DNA of 64,000 nucleotides from Patescibacteria group bacterium. Its GTDB lineage: Bacteria > Patescibacteriota > Microgenomatia > JAMCYU01. Below are positions 31,312-41,450 of this stretch, one piece after another; the stretch's first letter is position 1; each line of letters opens with the position of its first letter. The stretch lies in contig JAMCYU010000001.1 in assembly GCA_023473585.1 (NCBI GenBank), positions 66,507 to 130,506 of the forward strand, read 5' to 3'. Both the position numbers and the translations under genes were made by a program. The notes beneath the pieces were generated by a model. The model was not told where the DNA came from, searched no databases, and saw nothing but the letters and a program-made list of their open reading frames with translations.

Positions 31312-32998
31312 GTTTAGGCAAAAATAATAGCATAATCAGGCTAAAAAAACTAATTACCGACGCAAAATTACCCAAGGTCCTTAATGGTGTATCGTTAAAG
31401 ACGACCTCAACCAAATGACTCCCTTTGGGAACAGCGACGGTTATCAATTTAAATTTATTGTTGTCGTCAATTTTGGTTTTTTGACCGTCGATTTTAACCT
31501 CCCAGCCGGGAAAATTATAGGTGTTAACCGTTAATTTCCCTCCTTCGCCAAAGACTTCATATTTTTTCTCATGAGGTAAAATTTGTTTTTCTTTAACCTG
31601 AAGCCTACCATCCGAAACAAAAGAATTTATCGGTATTTCTTCCCTTTTAATATCAACTTGAGTCGTTTGAATATCCGAAAGCACGGTCGCAATTCCCTTT
31701 GGGACATATTCAAACGACATTTTGCTTACCCGCCAATTTAACTCTTCTTTTGTCGTGTAGTCTTTATCCGTAACTTCAAGATAACGGGCCGGCCGAAAAT
31801 AATCCCTATTAAGGAGGACAACAAAGGCAATCAAGAAAGCTAACATTAACCATTTGGTAAAAGGCTGACGAATTTTAGAGACGTAACTTGCCAAACCGCC
31901 CGCCAAAAGAGAGGAAAAAAGAGCGGTAAAAACTAAAAACCGCCAGGGAAATTGAACATACCAAAGCGGCTGCAGCTTATCCCAAATGAATTGGGAGTAA
32001 AAACTCGCCATGAATAAAGAAAACATAAAACATAAAACATAAAACATAAAAACTTGCCACTCTTTTCTCTTTTTCAAAAAAAGATATAAACCGAAAACGC
32101 CTCCCAAGAAACTTAAAAGCAGGTGCAATTTGCCCACCTCAAAGGAGATCCCGTCGTTTAGTCCGTAAATTGACCCTCCATAACCCCAGGGAGAACTTAT
32201 AAACTGACGTAAATAAACAAAGTGAAGTTTATAAGATGCCAACTCTCCGGTTAAAATCTGATCAACCAGAGTATATTGCCGTTCAAGAAGGGCCGGCAAC
32301 CAAAAGTAAGCGCTTAAGCCTAAAAATAGCATGAAGGAACAAAGAAAAGACAGGATAATTTTTTTCTTATCCTTCTTTGGTAAAACTAAAAAGCCGGCAA
32401 AGGCAAAATAAAATGGCAAAAAGATTAAAGCTATCAGATTGTGGCTTAGAAGCAGTAATGACAAAAAACAACTATTGATAACTAGCCAATTTCTGTTTCT
32501 TTCTTTAATTAATTTGAAGGTCGACCATAAAACCGCCGGTAAGAAAACAAAAGCGTAAAATTCTGCCAAGGCTCCCCGAACATAGAGATCAAGCGAATGA
32601 TACGGCGCATAAAGATAAAAAACCGCCGTAACCAAGCCGCCGCTTTTGCCAAAGAATTCTTTAGCCAGAAGATAACTGAAAAGTCCCGATAAAAGAAACC
32701 CCAGTCCCATCACTATCTTTGTGGAGTCAATTAAAGAAATTCCCAGAAGATGGAAAATCTCTCCAAAGTAATAAACAAAGGGCGGATAAAAATTGAAAAA
32801 AGGATAACCAAAACCAAAGCCTAATCCGTCAATCCACCTTGGTGGAAATTGACCGGCGGAAAGGGTTTGGTTCAGCTCAAAAAGTCTGGCAATCTGTTCA
32901 TCGTCATGCATGGGGAAAAATCCCGAATGAAAAAGAGGGAAAACGGCCCAAAAGCTTAAAAACAAAAGAAGAAAAAACGGCAATAATTTTTTAAACAT
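31295..32998 (-). CDS. Polytopic membrane protein, putative GT-C (HSGF/HDxEQ/PPRW/GYGYP family, copy 2)
   Basis: FHSGFFPMHDDEQIARL...GQFPPRWIDGLGFGFGYPFFNFYPP; paralog of 10702-12357. Confidence 0.4.
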   Translation of the reverse strand: MFKKLLPFFLLLFLSFWAVFPLFHSGFFPMHDDEQIARLFELNQTLSAGQFPPRWIDGLGFGFGYPFFNFYPPFVYYFGEIFHLLGISLIDSTKIVMGLGFLLSGLFSYLLAKEFFGKSGGLVTAVFYLYAPYHSLDLYVRGALAEFYAFVFLPAVLWSTFKLIKERNRNWLVINSCFLSLLLLSHNLIALIFLPFYFAFAGFLVLPKKDKKKIILSFLCSFMLFLGLSAYFWLPALLERQYTLVDQILTGELASYKLHFVYLRQFISSPWGYGGSIYGLNDGISFEVGKLHLLLSFLGGVFGLYLFLKKRKEWQVFMFYVLCFMFSLFMASFYSQFIWDKLQPLWYVQFPWRFLVFTALFSSLLAGGLASYVSKIRQPFTKWLMLAFLIAFVVLLNRDYFRPARYLEVTDKDYTTKEELNWRVSKMSFEYVPKGIATVLSDIQTTQVDIKREEIPINSFVSDGRLQVKEKQILPHEKKYEVFGEGGKLTVNTYNFPGWEVKIDGQKTKIDDNNKFKLITVAVPKGSHLVEVVFNDTPLRTLGNFASVISFFSLIMLLFLPKHEKRS

Positions 32999-34556
32999 CT
33001 TTTAATTTCCTCCTGAAGAGCAAACCCAAAATTAAACCTGTAAAGGTGACGAAACTTAAAATATCGCTTAACTTCCGCAGGGTCGTTTCTTCCCATAAAA
33101 CTTCAATTTTATGTTTACCCTGGGGAACTGATAGAAAAATCAGCCCGCCTTCATTCTCAAAAAAAATTGCGGTCTTAACTTCGTCGATTTCAGCCAGCCA
33201 GCCGGGGAAATAAACGAGATTAACTTTGATTGTTGTTTCTGTCTGGTTTTCTGTCGTAAAAATAATTCTTCGCGAATTTTGCAAAATCAGGTTTATTTGG
33301 CCTTGACCAGAAACTAATTCGATCTTTTTTCCCGGATGATTAGCGGGAAAATTTTTTACCCATCGCGGGGTGTATTCTCTTTTTACCGTCGTCGTGTCTT
33401 CATTAGTCGTATAAAACTCTTCTGTTCTTAGCTCATATTTTATTTGGTTAAGACGCGGCCATGAGGAAAGAAAAAAGACAACAAGGATTAAAATTCCGAC
33501 ACTCAATTTAGTTTTCGAAGACAGAGTATTAAGCGAAAAAGCGGTTAAAAAACTTAAACAAATGATCGCTAAAGAAAGAAAACGCCAGGGAAACTGAACC
33601 AGTTTGGGTAGCGGTATAACCTGCCAAACAACGCTAGATAGCGGCATGGCCAAAAAAATAGAAAGAAGAAAAATTATTAAAAATAATAAAGCTTTTTTGT
33701 CTCTTTTCTTTAAAAGAATTAATAAAGAACCTGAAGCCAAAATAAGACTCTCCCAACCCAAAAGAGAGAAATTTTTGCTGTTTAGGAAAAAGTTTTGCCA
33801 TTGGGAAACCGTTACCTGACTAAAAATGGTGTCTTGTTGATCCCAAAGGGCCGGTACCCAGAAAAAAGCGGAAAGAAGAAAGGCAAGAAGAAAGGAAAGT
33901 ATCAGACCGGAGGTCTTAAACATTTTTCCCAAAAAACCGTAGAGAAAAATTACCGGTAAAAAAATCAGAGCCAGGGTGTTGTGCGAGGTAATTAAGATTG
34001 CGGTAAAAAGGGCGGTCAAAAAAATATTTTTCTTTTCCACCAACCAGAAAATTAACGGTAAAATGGCCAAAGCTACCGCCTCGCCCAACGAACCTCTGGT
34101 ATAAATGTCGAAAAGATGATAAGGAGCGTAAAGATAAACAAAACTGCCAACCAAAGCCGGCCAAGAAGGAAACAATTTCCTAAGCCAAAGATAACAAAAG
34201 ATACCCGAGAAAATGAGACTTAGACCAAAGAGTATTTTAATCGACAAAATAAAATTAAATCCCAAAAGATGGATCATTTCTCCCAAATAAAGAGCTCCGG
34301 GGTAAAGAAAATTGAAAACAGGGTAACCATACCCGAAGTTTAAACGGCCGGCCCAGCGAACCGGAAATTGGCCATCACGAAGACTACGGTGAAAATCAGA
34401 CAGCCTAACAATCATCCAACCGCCGTCATCACTCACAAACATCCCTGGCCGAAAAAGTGGTAAAAGCAAAGGAACAGTCAAAACAAAAAGAAGCAAAAAC
34501 GGCCAAAGGTGAGTTTTGTTTTTTTTAAGATAAGTTTTTATTTTTTCCATAGACAT
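32991..34556 (-). CDS. Polytopic membrane protein, putative GT-C (same family, copy 3)
   Basis: FRPGMFVSDDGGWMIVRL...DGQFPVRWAGRLNFGYGYPVFNFLYPG; tandem with copy 2. Confidence 0.4.
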   Translation of the reverse strand: MSMEKIKTYLKKNKTHLWPFLLLFVLTVPLLLPLFRPGMFVSDDGGWMIVRLSDFHRSLRDGQFPVRWAGRLNFGYGYPVFNFLYPGALYLGEMIHLLGFNFILSIKILFGLSLIFSGIFCYLWLRKLFPSWPALVGSFVYLYAPYHLFDIYTRGSLGEAVALAILPLIFWLVEKKNIFLTALFTAILITSHNTLALIFLPVIFLYGFLGKMFKTSGLILSFLLAFLLSAFFWVPALWDQQDTIFSQVTVSQWQNFFLNSKNFSLLGWESLILASGSLLILLKKRDKKALLFLIIFLLSIFLAMPLSSVVWQVIPLPKLVQFPWRFLSLAIICLSFLTAFSLNTLSSKTKLSVGILILVVFFLSSWPRLNQIKYELRTEEFYTTNEDTTTVKREYTPRWVKNFPANHPGKKIELVSGQGQINLILQNSRRIIFTTENQTETTIKVNLVYFPGWLAEIDEVKTAIFFENEGGLIFLSVPQGKHKIEVLWEETTLRKLSDILSFVTFTGLILGLLFRRKLKDV

Positions 34557-36921
34557 AAACCGCCAGAACGGTCATAAAACCAAAAACCAACGTGATAGTA
34601 AAACCGGCCTTCAGCGAATCAGGCTCATAGGCAAACTCAACTTTATGCTCTCCCTTAGGAACAATAATCCCTCTAAAGGAATAATTTGTCCTGTATGTTT
34701 TCGTTTGCTTCCCGTCAACTCTGGCATACCATCCGGGATAATAATTATCGGTAAGAACCAAAAGGCCGCTTTTGTCATTGACAGTTTCCATTGACATCTT
34801 GTTGGGAGAGGAAACGGTTAATTTAATTTTTCCCCCAGATTCTACGGGTGGCGGATTGATTTCTTCCTCTAAAACAGCGATTTTTTCCTTATAATCCTTC
34901 TTTAAAAGTTCATCAATAATCTCCTGATTATTGTTTTTGACGATTATTTTTTCGGCAAAATAGATCCTCGGATAGGCTTTTTTATTCTCATAAATCTTAA
35001 ATTTCCCGTCCTGCCAAAGAAGTTCATAACGTTCTGGGGGAAATTTCCATAATTCCGGCTCAAAATTTTCTTTGGGGATATCATTTTTGTCTAAAATGTA
35101 TTTTATGCTCAAGAGATCAAGCATTTTTTCCTTATACTTCCACTCTTCTTTATTGGGATCTAAATTGACATCACTTCTGGGAATAGTTGCCGGAATTTGG
35201 CCATTTCTGGCCGAATAAACAAACTCGCCGTATCTTTTCATAAATAAGGAGTCATAACCATCAGAATAATGCAAAGAGTAAACGGTCGGAAAATTAGTCG
35301 TCACGTAGGTTGCGGCCTGTCCCCAAAATCTGTCAATGCCTGCCTTTTCTTGCAAATAAGTAAAAACCGGATGTTCGGGGAAAAGATATTCTTTTTTGGC
35401 CATGGGCAAATATTTATTGCCAAGATACAAGTATTCCAAAGCGGTAAGGGCAATAAGGCCGTAAAAACAATATCTTCGTAACGCCCCAAATTTGGTCAGA
35501 AACAAGAAAAATAAACCGGCGCCAAAGATTACCGAGGAAAAAGCGAGATTTCTGTAAGTCACCTTAGAAATCTTCAGAACATAGACATTAAGAGAATATT
35601 TGGAGAGAAAGAAATACGTTATGGTCAAAAGCGCGGTCAACAAGAAAAGGAATAGGGCCGGTTTTAGAGAAATTTTTAAATCTTTATTCTTTATCATTTT
35701 GTCTAGGCTTATGGCCGCAACGATAACCAGACAAAATTGAAAAATAAATAAAAATCTGGCCACAACGCCGGTTGAAAGAATGGGAATTTTAAAAATCATG
35801 GGAAAATAACCAAGAGGGGTTTGAAGAGAAAAAATCCAGGCCACCAAACCCATGATTAAAAACCACTTGCCTACTCCCAGCTCAATCTTTTTTTTGTACC
35901 AAAGGTAAAGCCCCGTAAGGGTAACCATTAAAGGGACGCAACCAAACCAGTGATTAAAGTCGGTGTGTTGGTCTCCCCAATAATTATGGGTAGCCATATT
36001 GCCGAAAAAATCTGCCGAAAGCAAGGTTAAAATATTTCTTGGCGGAGCCAGTGATTTTTCATAAAGACTCTCCGAAAAGGTTCCTTCCCTTGCGGAAAAT
36101 TTATAAATTTCCCAGGTCGGAAAAAGTTGAATGGCGCTTAGACCTAAGGCCAAGATAAAAACAAGGGTTCCAAAAACAAAAAGCGAGGTTTTTTTGGCCC
36201 TGTCTTTTTCTAGGGCTACCTTCAGAAGCAAAAAAGAAACGCTGATAAAAAGAACATAGAGACTTGTTTGTGAATAACCTCCCAGAATTGAAAGAGCGGT
36301 CGCGATAATGCCGACGAGAAACCATTTTTTCTTCCCTTCGCTCATTTTTTGAAGAGCAAGAAGAATTAAAGGAAGCCATAGGGTTGTATGGCCGATAATC
36401 ATTTGTTCCATCCAGAAAAGTTCAAAACTCATAAAGGCAAAACCCAAACCTCCTAAAAGAGAACTTTCCTGCCCTAATTTTTGGGAACGAAGAAAAAAAT
36501 ACATAAACAGAACCGAAAGAACGGGCTGAATAAGAACAAGAATTGTCCAGGCAATCTTCGGATTGATGAAAATAAACAAAAGATTAAGGGGGTAAAATGT
36601 CCCTGTTTGAACATTGGCGGTTAAGGGGTATCCCGAAAAAGCATAAGGATTCCAAAGCGGTAATTCACCCTTCTTTATTTGAGTTGTATAAAACATTTTC
36701 CAGGGATATTGTTGCCGAAGAGAATCGTCGGCAACTTGGGCTTTATTAGGAACCCAAGAAGAGTATTCCTTAAATCCTCCTGAAGAGAAAGGAAAATAGA
36801 AAGAAACAAGAAGATCGGAGGGAATCGGAAGAAGGCCTCCAAAAATTACTTTTCTGAAAAAAATCAGGAAAAAAAGAACCAAAAAAACCAGAGGAAATCT
36901 TTTTTTAAAGGTTTCAATCAT
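34525..36921 (-). CDS. YfhO-like large polytopic membrane protein, copy 2
   Basis: QQYPWKMFY...ELPLWNPYAFSGYPLTANVQTGTFYPLN; paralog of 20634-22931. Confidence 0.4.
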   Translation of the reverse strand: MIETFKKRFPLVFLVLFFLIFFRKVIFGGLLPIPSDLLVSFYFPFSSGGFKEYSSWVPNKAQVADDSLRQQYPWKMFYTTQIKKGELPLWNPYAFSGYPLTANVQTGTFYPLNLLFIFINPKIAWTILVLIQPVLSVLFMYFFLRSQKLGQESSLLGGLGFAFMSFELFWMEQMIIGHTTLWLPLILLALQKMSEGKKKWFLVGIIATALSILGGYSQTSLYVLFISVSFLLLKVALEKDRAKKTSLFVFGTLVFILALGLSAIQLFPTWEIYKFSAREGTFSESLYEKSLAPPRNILTLLSADFFGNMATHNYWGDQHTDFNHWFGCVPLMVTLTGLYLWYKKKIELGVGKWFLIMGLVAWIFSLQTPLGYFPMIFKIPILSTGVVARFLFIFQFCLVIVAAISLDKMIKNKDLKISLKPALFLFLLTALLTITYFFLSKYSLNVYVLKISKVTYRNLAFSSVIFGAGLFFLFLTKFGALRRYCFYGLIALTALEYLYLGNKYLPMAKKEYLFPEHPVFTYLQEKAGIDRFWGQAATYVTTNFPTVYSLHYSDGYDSLFMKRYGEFVYSARNGQIPATIPRSDVNLDPNKEEWKYKEKMLDLLSIKYILDKNDIPKENFEPELWKFPPERYELLWQDGKFKIYENKKAYPRIYFAEKIIVKNNNQEIIDELLKKDYKEKIAVLEEEINPPPVESGGKIKLTVSSPNKMSMETVNDKSGLLVLTDNYYPGWYARVDGKQTKTYRTNYSFRGIIVPKGEHKVEFAYEPDSLKAGFTITLVFGFMTVLAVYVYGKNKNLS

Positions 36922-36924
36922 TTT

Positions 36925-38415
36925 TTAGGGCTTAATTTGATAGACGTAGTTGTATCTATCCGTTGTCCCTTTTTTTGTTTTTAAAATAAGTTCAGCCAGC
37001 CAACCCGGTGGTGGTTGATTCTGAAAGAAAATAATATAGGTAGGTTCTGTTTTTGCTTTTTCCATAACCTCCGCCGTCGGTTTGTCCGGTATGGGCCAAA
37101 TTCCCTTAATAAAGACATTGGTATCGTCAACCAGGTATAATTCTATGGCCGCCGGCAATAAACCAAAAGTCCCTTCGGTAAACACCGCAATTTTCTCTTG
37201 CCTGGCTTTCTCCTTAAAAAGGTCAACGCTCTCTTTTATCCCCCAACCCGATGGCCAGTCGTTAAAATACTGATGAGAGTCCGAGCGGGGAATTGGTGCT
37301 TCCGTGGGATTAACGAAAAGTTCATAATCCGTCTTTAAAGGAACAATAAACAAAATAACCAGCAAAAAAATGGTCACTATTTTTTTCTTAAGAAGAGTCC
37401 CTAAATTAAAAAGGGTCTTGGCGCTTAATAAGAAAAGCGGTAGCGTCATAAAAAATATAAAGCGAGGATAGATAACTTTGCCAAATAAGGCTAAACCGAC
37501 AAACGGCACCATAAACCAAGAAAAAAGAAGCAGTTTTTCCCTGAAGAATTTCATCGCCAGAAAACTTAGAAAAACAGTCACAACCAATGGCCAACTTAGA
37601 TAACCAATTATCCAACTCCAAAGGCCCGCCAAATTTCCATAGAAAAAAGTAAACGGATGATTCAACCATTCGGATAATGGGTAAATAAAGGTTGTGTCTT
37701 TTTGAGAAACCATGTGAAAAAACGGGGAAAGACGTAAGACCGAATAGATCATCTGGGAAACAAAACAACTTATTAAAACAAGACATAACCACTTACTTAA
37801 TCTTTTAAGTCTCTCTTTGCAACTGAAATCAAAAAGCAATAAGGAAAAAGGTAAGAGATAGAGAGAGATGAAGCCCGAGGTCTTCGTTAGCATGGTAAAG
37901 CCCATCAGGCCACCCAAAAGGAGGGCGATATCTAAACGCAGGTTTTTCATAAGAAGAATCTCCAGAATTAAGGCCCAAAGCATCAACATGGCCAATAATC
38001 CATCCATGAGCGCCATTCGATCGTAAACCATCGCAAACGGAGAAATCAGGTATAAAAAGCCGGCAATTATCCCAACCTGCCATTTTTGAAAAATGAGTTT
38101 TCCGCCAAAGATTAAACCTAAAATAGACCCCGCTCCGGCCAAAACCGAAATAAATCTGCCGGCCGTGATCGGATCGGAAATTACCCTCATGGCCATCATG
38201 GTTAACCAAATAAAAAGAGGTTGCTTGCCGTCAGTTAGAGAAATAAAACGCCAGTTGGCATCATTCTTGGCAATTTGCGCCCAGCGAAGATAAATCGCCT
38301 CATCAGTAAAGATCGGGAAATTATTCAGTGACAAAAATCGCGAGAAAAAATAAGCTACAAAAATAACAAAAACGGCAAAAATCTCAATTTTCCTAAGATC
38401 CTTAAAAATGGCCAT
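36925..38415 (-). CDS. ArnT/PMT-like GT-C glycosyltransferase (GT83/GT39-like)
   Basis: FPIFTDEAIYLRWAQ (DE loop motif), multi-TM, FISVLAGAGSILGLIFGGKLIF; ArnT-like layout. Confidence 0.5.
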   Translation of the reverse strand: MAIFKDLRKIEIFAVFVIFVAYFFSRFLSLNNFPIFTDEAIYLRWAQIAKNDANWRFISLTDGKQPLFIWLTMMAMRVISDPITAGRFISVLAGAGSILGLIFGGKLIFQKWQVGIIAGFLYLISPFAMVYDRMALMDGLLAMLMLWALILEILLMKNLRLDIALLLGGLMGFTMLTKTSGFISLYLLPFSLLLFDFSCKERLKRLSKWLCLVLISCFVSQMIYSVLRLSPFFHMVSQKDTTFIYPLSEWLNHPFTFFYGNLAGLWSWIIGYLSWPLVVTVFLSFLAMKFFREKLLLFSWFMVPFVGLALFGKVIYPRFIFFMTLPLFLLSAKTLFNLGTLLKKKIVTIFLLVILFIVPLKTDYELFVNPTEAPIPRSDSHQYFNDWPSGWGIKESVDLFKEKARQEKIAVFTEGTFGLLPAAIELYLVDDTNVFIKGIWPIPDKPTAEVMEKAKTEPTYIIFFQNQPPPGWLAELILKTKKGTTDRYNYVYQIKP

Positions 38416-38424
38416 AATCTTTTT

Positions 38425-39516
38425 TTATTTTGTTTTAACTATTATATTACTAAACTTTTCTTTAACCAAATAAGTCAGGAATAAATAAAGGAAGGGCATT
38501 ATTAAAAGAAAATATCTGGGCCAAACGGGAATAAAAAATAAAAACACAAAATAAATCACTAACCAAATGACGATTAGAGAAAGGCTATCGCGCTTCCTTT
38601 TTAAAAGATGAGAGACCAAATACCAGCTGCCGGCGATAAATAAAATCGGCCAGGTAATTTGCCACTCAGAAATATTGACAACGCCATCCCACCAAGTAGG
38701 CCATCGATTTAAAATCATCATGGGAAAGACCATTCCCATTTCCCCTTTAGCCCCCACCGTATAAAAATTCAAAATCCATTTTTGAACTCCCAGAAATTCA
38801 CGAAAGCTATGGCCTAAGAAAAAATAACGGCCATAGGTTAACAAAAAAACGATTATGGCCAAAGGTAAACTTCGAAGAAAATTAATTAGATTCTTCCTTT
38901 TGCTCACAAAAAGATACAGGCCGCAGGTAGCTCCGACTAAAAGACCTGTGGAAACCGTATTTTTTGTTCCGGCCATTAACCCAAAACAAACGGCAAAGAG
39001 AAAAAATTTTTCCTTAAGAAGAAAATAAAAAGTCAGAATAAGAAACATTAAATAAAGCGTATCCAAGTAAGGAGCCCGAAGCTGTTTGTAAAAAAGCGGC
39101 TCGAAAGAAAAAAAAGTTACGGGCAAAAGACTCCAAAATTTATCTTTTAAAAAAAAGAGGTTCAGTTTGTAAAAGCAAAATAAGACTAAGATGCCGGTTA
39201 AAAGCGCAAAAATGTTTTGGTTTTGGAAAATAATAATGGACAAACCGATAAGATATTTCCCAAGCGGCGGCATTTCGGCATTTAAAATACTGGGGTCTTC
39301 TCCGTTAACATAAGCCCAGCCCGCATAAGCGTAAAGACCATCGTCACCGATCGATTCCTTTGACTGCGGATCAACCCATTGTGATTTTAGATAGCGATTT
39401 TGCCAATAAACCGGATCAAATTTCGTTAAGTATTCCTGCCGATATTCAAAAATCCGGAAAAAGAAATTAAAGATAAGAATAAAAAGCAAAATAAAAAGGC
39501 CCAGTTTCTGTTTCAT
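38425..39516 (-). CDS. Polytopic membrane protein; paralog of window-edge fragment 8-535
   Basis: Shares GVQKWI and EWQITWPILFI motifs with CDS 8-535. Confidence 0.35.
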   Translation of the reverse strand: MKQKLGLFILLFILIFNFFFRIFEYRQEYLTKFDPVYWQNRYLKSQWVDPQSKESIGDDGLYAYAGWAYVNGEDPSILNAEMPPLGKYLIGLSIIIFQNQNIFALLTGILVLFCFYKLNLFFLKDKFWSLLPVTFFSFEPLFYKQLRAPYLDTLYLMFLILTFYFLLKEKFFLFAVCFGLMAGTKNTVSTGLLVGATCGLYLFVSKRKNLINFLRSLPLAIIVFLLTYGRYFFLGHSFREFLGVQKWILNFYTVGAKGEMGMVFPMMILNRWPTWWDGVVNISEWQITWPILFIAGSWYLVSHLLKRKRDSLSLIVIWLVIYFVFLFFIPVWPRYFLLIMPFLYLFLTYLVKEKFSNIIVKTK

Positions 39517-40694
39517 GATTTTCTTTTTGAAAATTTAAGAGAATAAAATCCGGTGATGATCCAGATTAATAAAGAAATCCCTAACGGGATAAGAGTTAAC
39601 CAAAGAGTTAAGTCAGACACGGGCGGTTGATAATGGCCAAAATAAAGAAAGGGCGCATAGCGCAAAAGTAAACCCAAAGTTAAACCCATCGTCATCATCG
39701 TTACGAACCTGCTTTCGGCAATCAGGCTGGCCATGCCGATAACGGTTATAAAATACCAGGGATACGATTCTCTTTGCACGATAACCGGTATTAAAGAAAC
39801 GAGAAAACCAAAAAGTAGCATTTTGATAAACAAAAACCAATTCACGTTTTTCCTCAGTAAGGCGAGAAAATAAAAAGGGAGAAAACTTACGGAGATAAAT
39901 TTAATGCCAAAAGAAAGAAAAAGAAAGAAAAAAGAACTTATTTTTTTTCTTAAAATTAATAAATAAAAGGACACCAGGGCAAAAAACAACATTAAAATAT
40001 CATTATGACTGCTCACTAACGATTCAATGATAATCAGCGGATTAAAGGCAAAAAAAACAAGGGAAAAAAGTTTATCCTGGGGTTTTATCTTTTCCATGAT
40101 TTTGCTTATAAAGAAAGCGCTGCCCAAATAGCCAAGAGTCATTAAGAGTTTAAAATTAAAAAGAGTTAAGGTAAATTTACCCAGACCCAAAAACGAGGGA
40201 ATTAAAGAAAGTCCCAGGAAAACCGGTCCGTGATTATAGGTCGTATGGGTCCAACGCATAAAACGAATCCAAGAATCATCGGGAAAATCAAGCGGTCTAA
40301 ATTGATACGGAGAAAGTCCGTAATGAGTAAAAATTCTTGCCCAAAAAAGATAATTGAAAAGGTCATAAGAAAAGGCAGCGTAGGCAAAAAGTAAAATTCC
40401 GGAGAGGAAAATAAGCAAAAACCATATTTTTCTTTCCGTAAATTTATTTTTCCTAACTAAAGATAAAAAGAGGAAATAAAAAAGAATCAACAATAAAATG
40501 ATGATCAAAAAAATGACTGCGGAAAGCGGACGCTGAAAATACCCAATTTTTATAAAGATGTTTTGTAAGTCACGTGTTATCGGAAAATTGGGAAGAGTCA
40601 GATTAAGGTCTACTTGAGTAAACGAATAAAAAAACAAAGCAAAAATAAGAATTAAGTAGCTTATGGCCAGTATGAAATAGCTTTTATTATTCAT
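39513..40694 (-). CDS. Polytopic membrane protein, function unknown
   Basis: 393 aa hydrophobic ORF, operon context. Confidence 0.35.
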   Translation of the reverse strand: MNNKSYFILAISYLILIFALFFYSFTQVDLNLTLPNFPITRDLQNIFIKIGYFQRPLSAVIFLIIILLLILFYFLFLSLVRKNKFTERKIWFLLIFLSGILLFAYAAFSYDLFNYLFWARIFTHYGLSPYQFRPLDFPDDSWIRFMRWTHTTYNHGPVFLGLSLIPSFLGLGKFTLTLFNFKLLMTLGYLGSAFFISKIMEKIKPQDKLFSLVFFAFNPLIIIESLVSSHNDILMLFFALVSFYLLILRKKISSFFFLFLSFGIKFISVSFLPFYFLALLRKNVNWFLFIKMLLFGFLVSLIPVIVQRESYPWYFITVIGMASLIAESRFVTMMTMGLTLGLLLRYAPFLYFGHYQPPVSDLTLWLTLIPLGISLLIWIITGFYSLKFSKRKS

Positions 40695-41442
40695 ACAATC
40701 CCTGGAGACTCTTCAGGCGAATTTTAAGCAAGTCACAAAAAGCCTGCCACGAATCCTTCAGGGGACTGACTCTTCTTGTCTCGACATAATGCCATTCAAC
40801 CGGAACTTCTTTGATTTTAAAACCTAATTTCTTGGCGACAAACAGGATCTCGATATCAAAACCCGCCGTCACCATTGAACCGGAGACCAGTTTTTTTTGA
40901 CCATAGAGTTTAAGACGATTAAAGATTTTCTTGGCGACTTCATTTTTAAAGATCTTAAAACCACATTGTGTATCGGTTATGCCCGACAAACCAAGAATAA
41001 GGGTTCTTAAAAACATAAATCCCCTGGCCATAATGATTCTTGAAAGGGGCGCCCCTTCTCTTTCCGTATTTCTTGAACCGATAACAACATCATAGTCTTT
41101 TTGAATCAGGGGAAGAAGTTTTTCCAACTCATTAATTGGCGTAGCCTGATCTAAATCGCAAAAGAGAACGTATTGTCCGTTGGCCCCAACCATGCCCGTA
41201 ATAACGGTCGCCGCTTTCCCCTGATGCTTATTTTTAATCAAAGAAAAACCAAGATGGCTTTTCCTAAATTCTTCAATTAAACTTCTGCTTTCATCTTCCG
41301 ACCCATCATCAACAATGATGACTTCCCATGAATACGGCTGTTTTTGTAAATAATCAGAAACTTTTCCCAAGGCGCCAAGTCTGATATTTTTTTCTTCGTT
41401 ATAACAAGGGATAACGACTGATAAAAAGATTTCCTTGTCCAT
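40687..41442 (-). CDS. GT2, polyprenyl-phosphate sugar synthase-like (DPM1/GtrB-like)
   Basis: FLSVVIPCYNEEKNI...EVIIVDDGSEDES...FCDLDQATP. Confidence 0.6.
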   Translation of the reverse strand: MDKEIFLSVVIPCYNEEKNIRLGALGKVSDYLQKQPYSWEVIIVDDGSEDESRSLIEEFRKSHLGFSLIKNKHQGKAATVITGMVGANGQYVLFCDLDQATPINELEKLLPLIQKDYDVVIGSRNTEREGAPLSRIIMARGFMFLRTLILGLSGITDTQCGFKIFKNEVAKKIFNRLKLYGQKKLVSGSMVTAGFDIEILFVAKKLGFKIKEVPVEWHYVETRRVSPLKDSWQAFCDLLKIRLKSLQGLYE

Positions 41443-41450
41443 ATCTTTTT

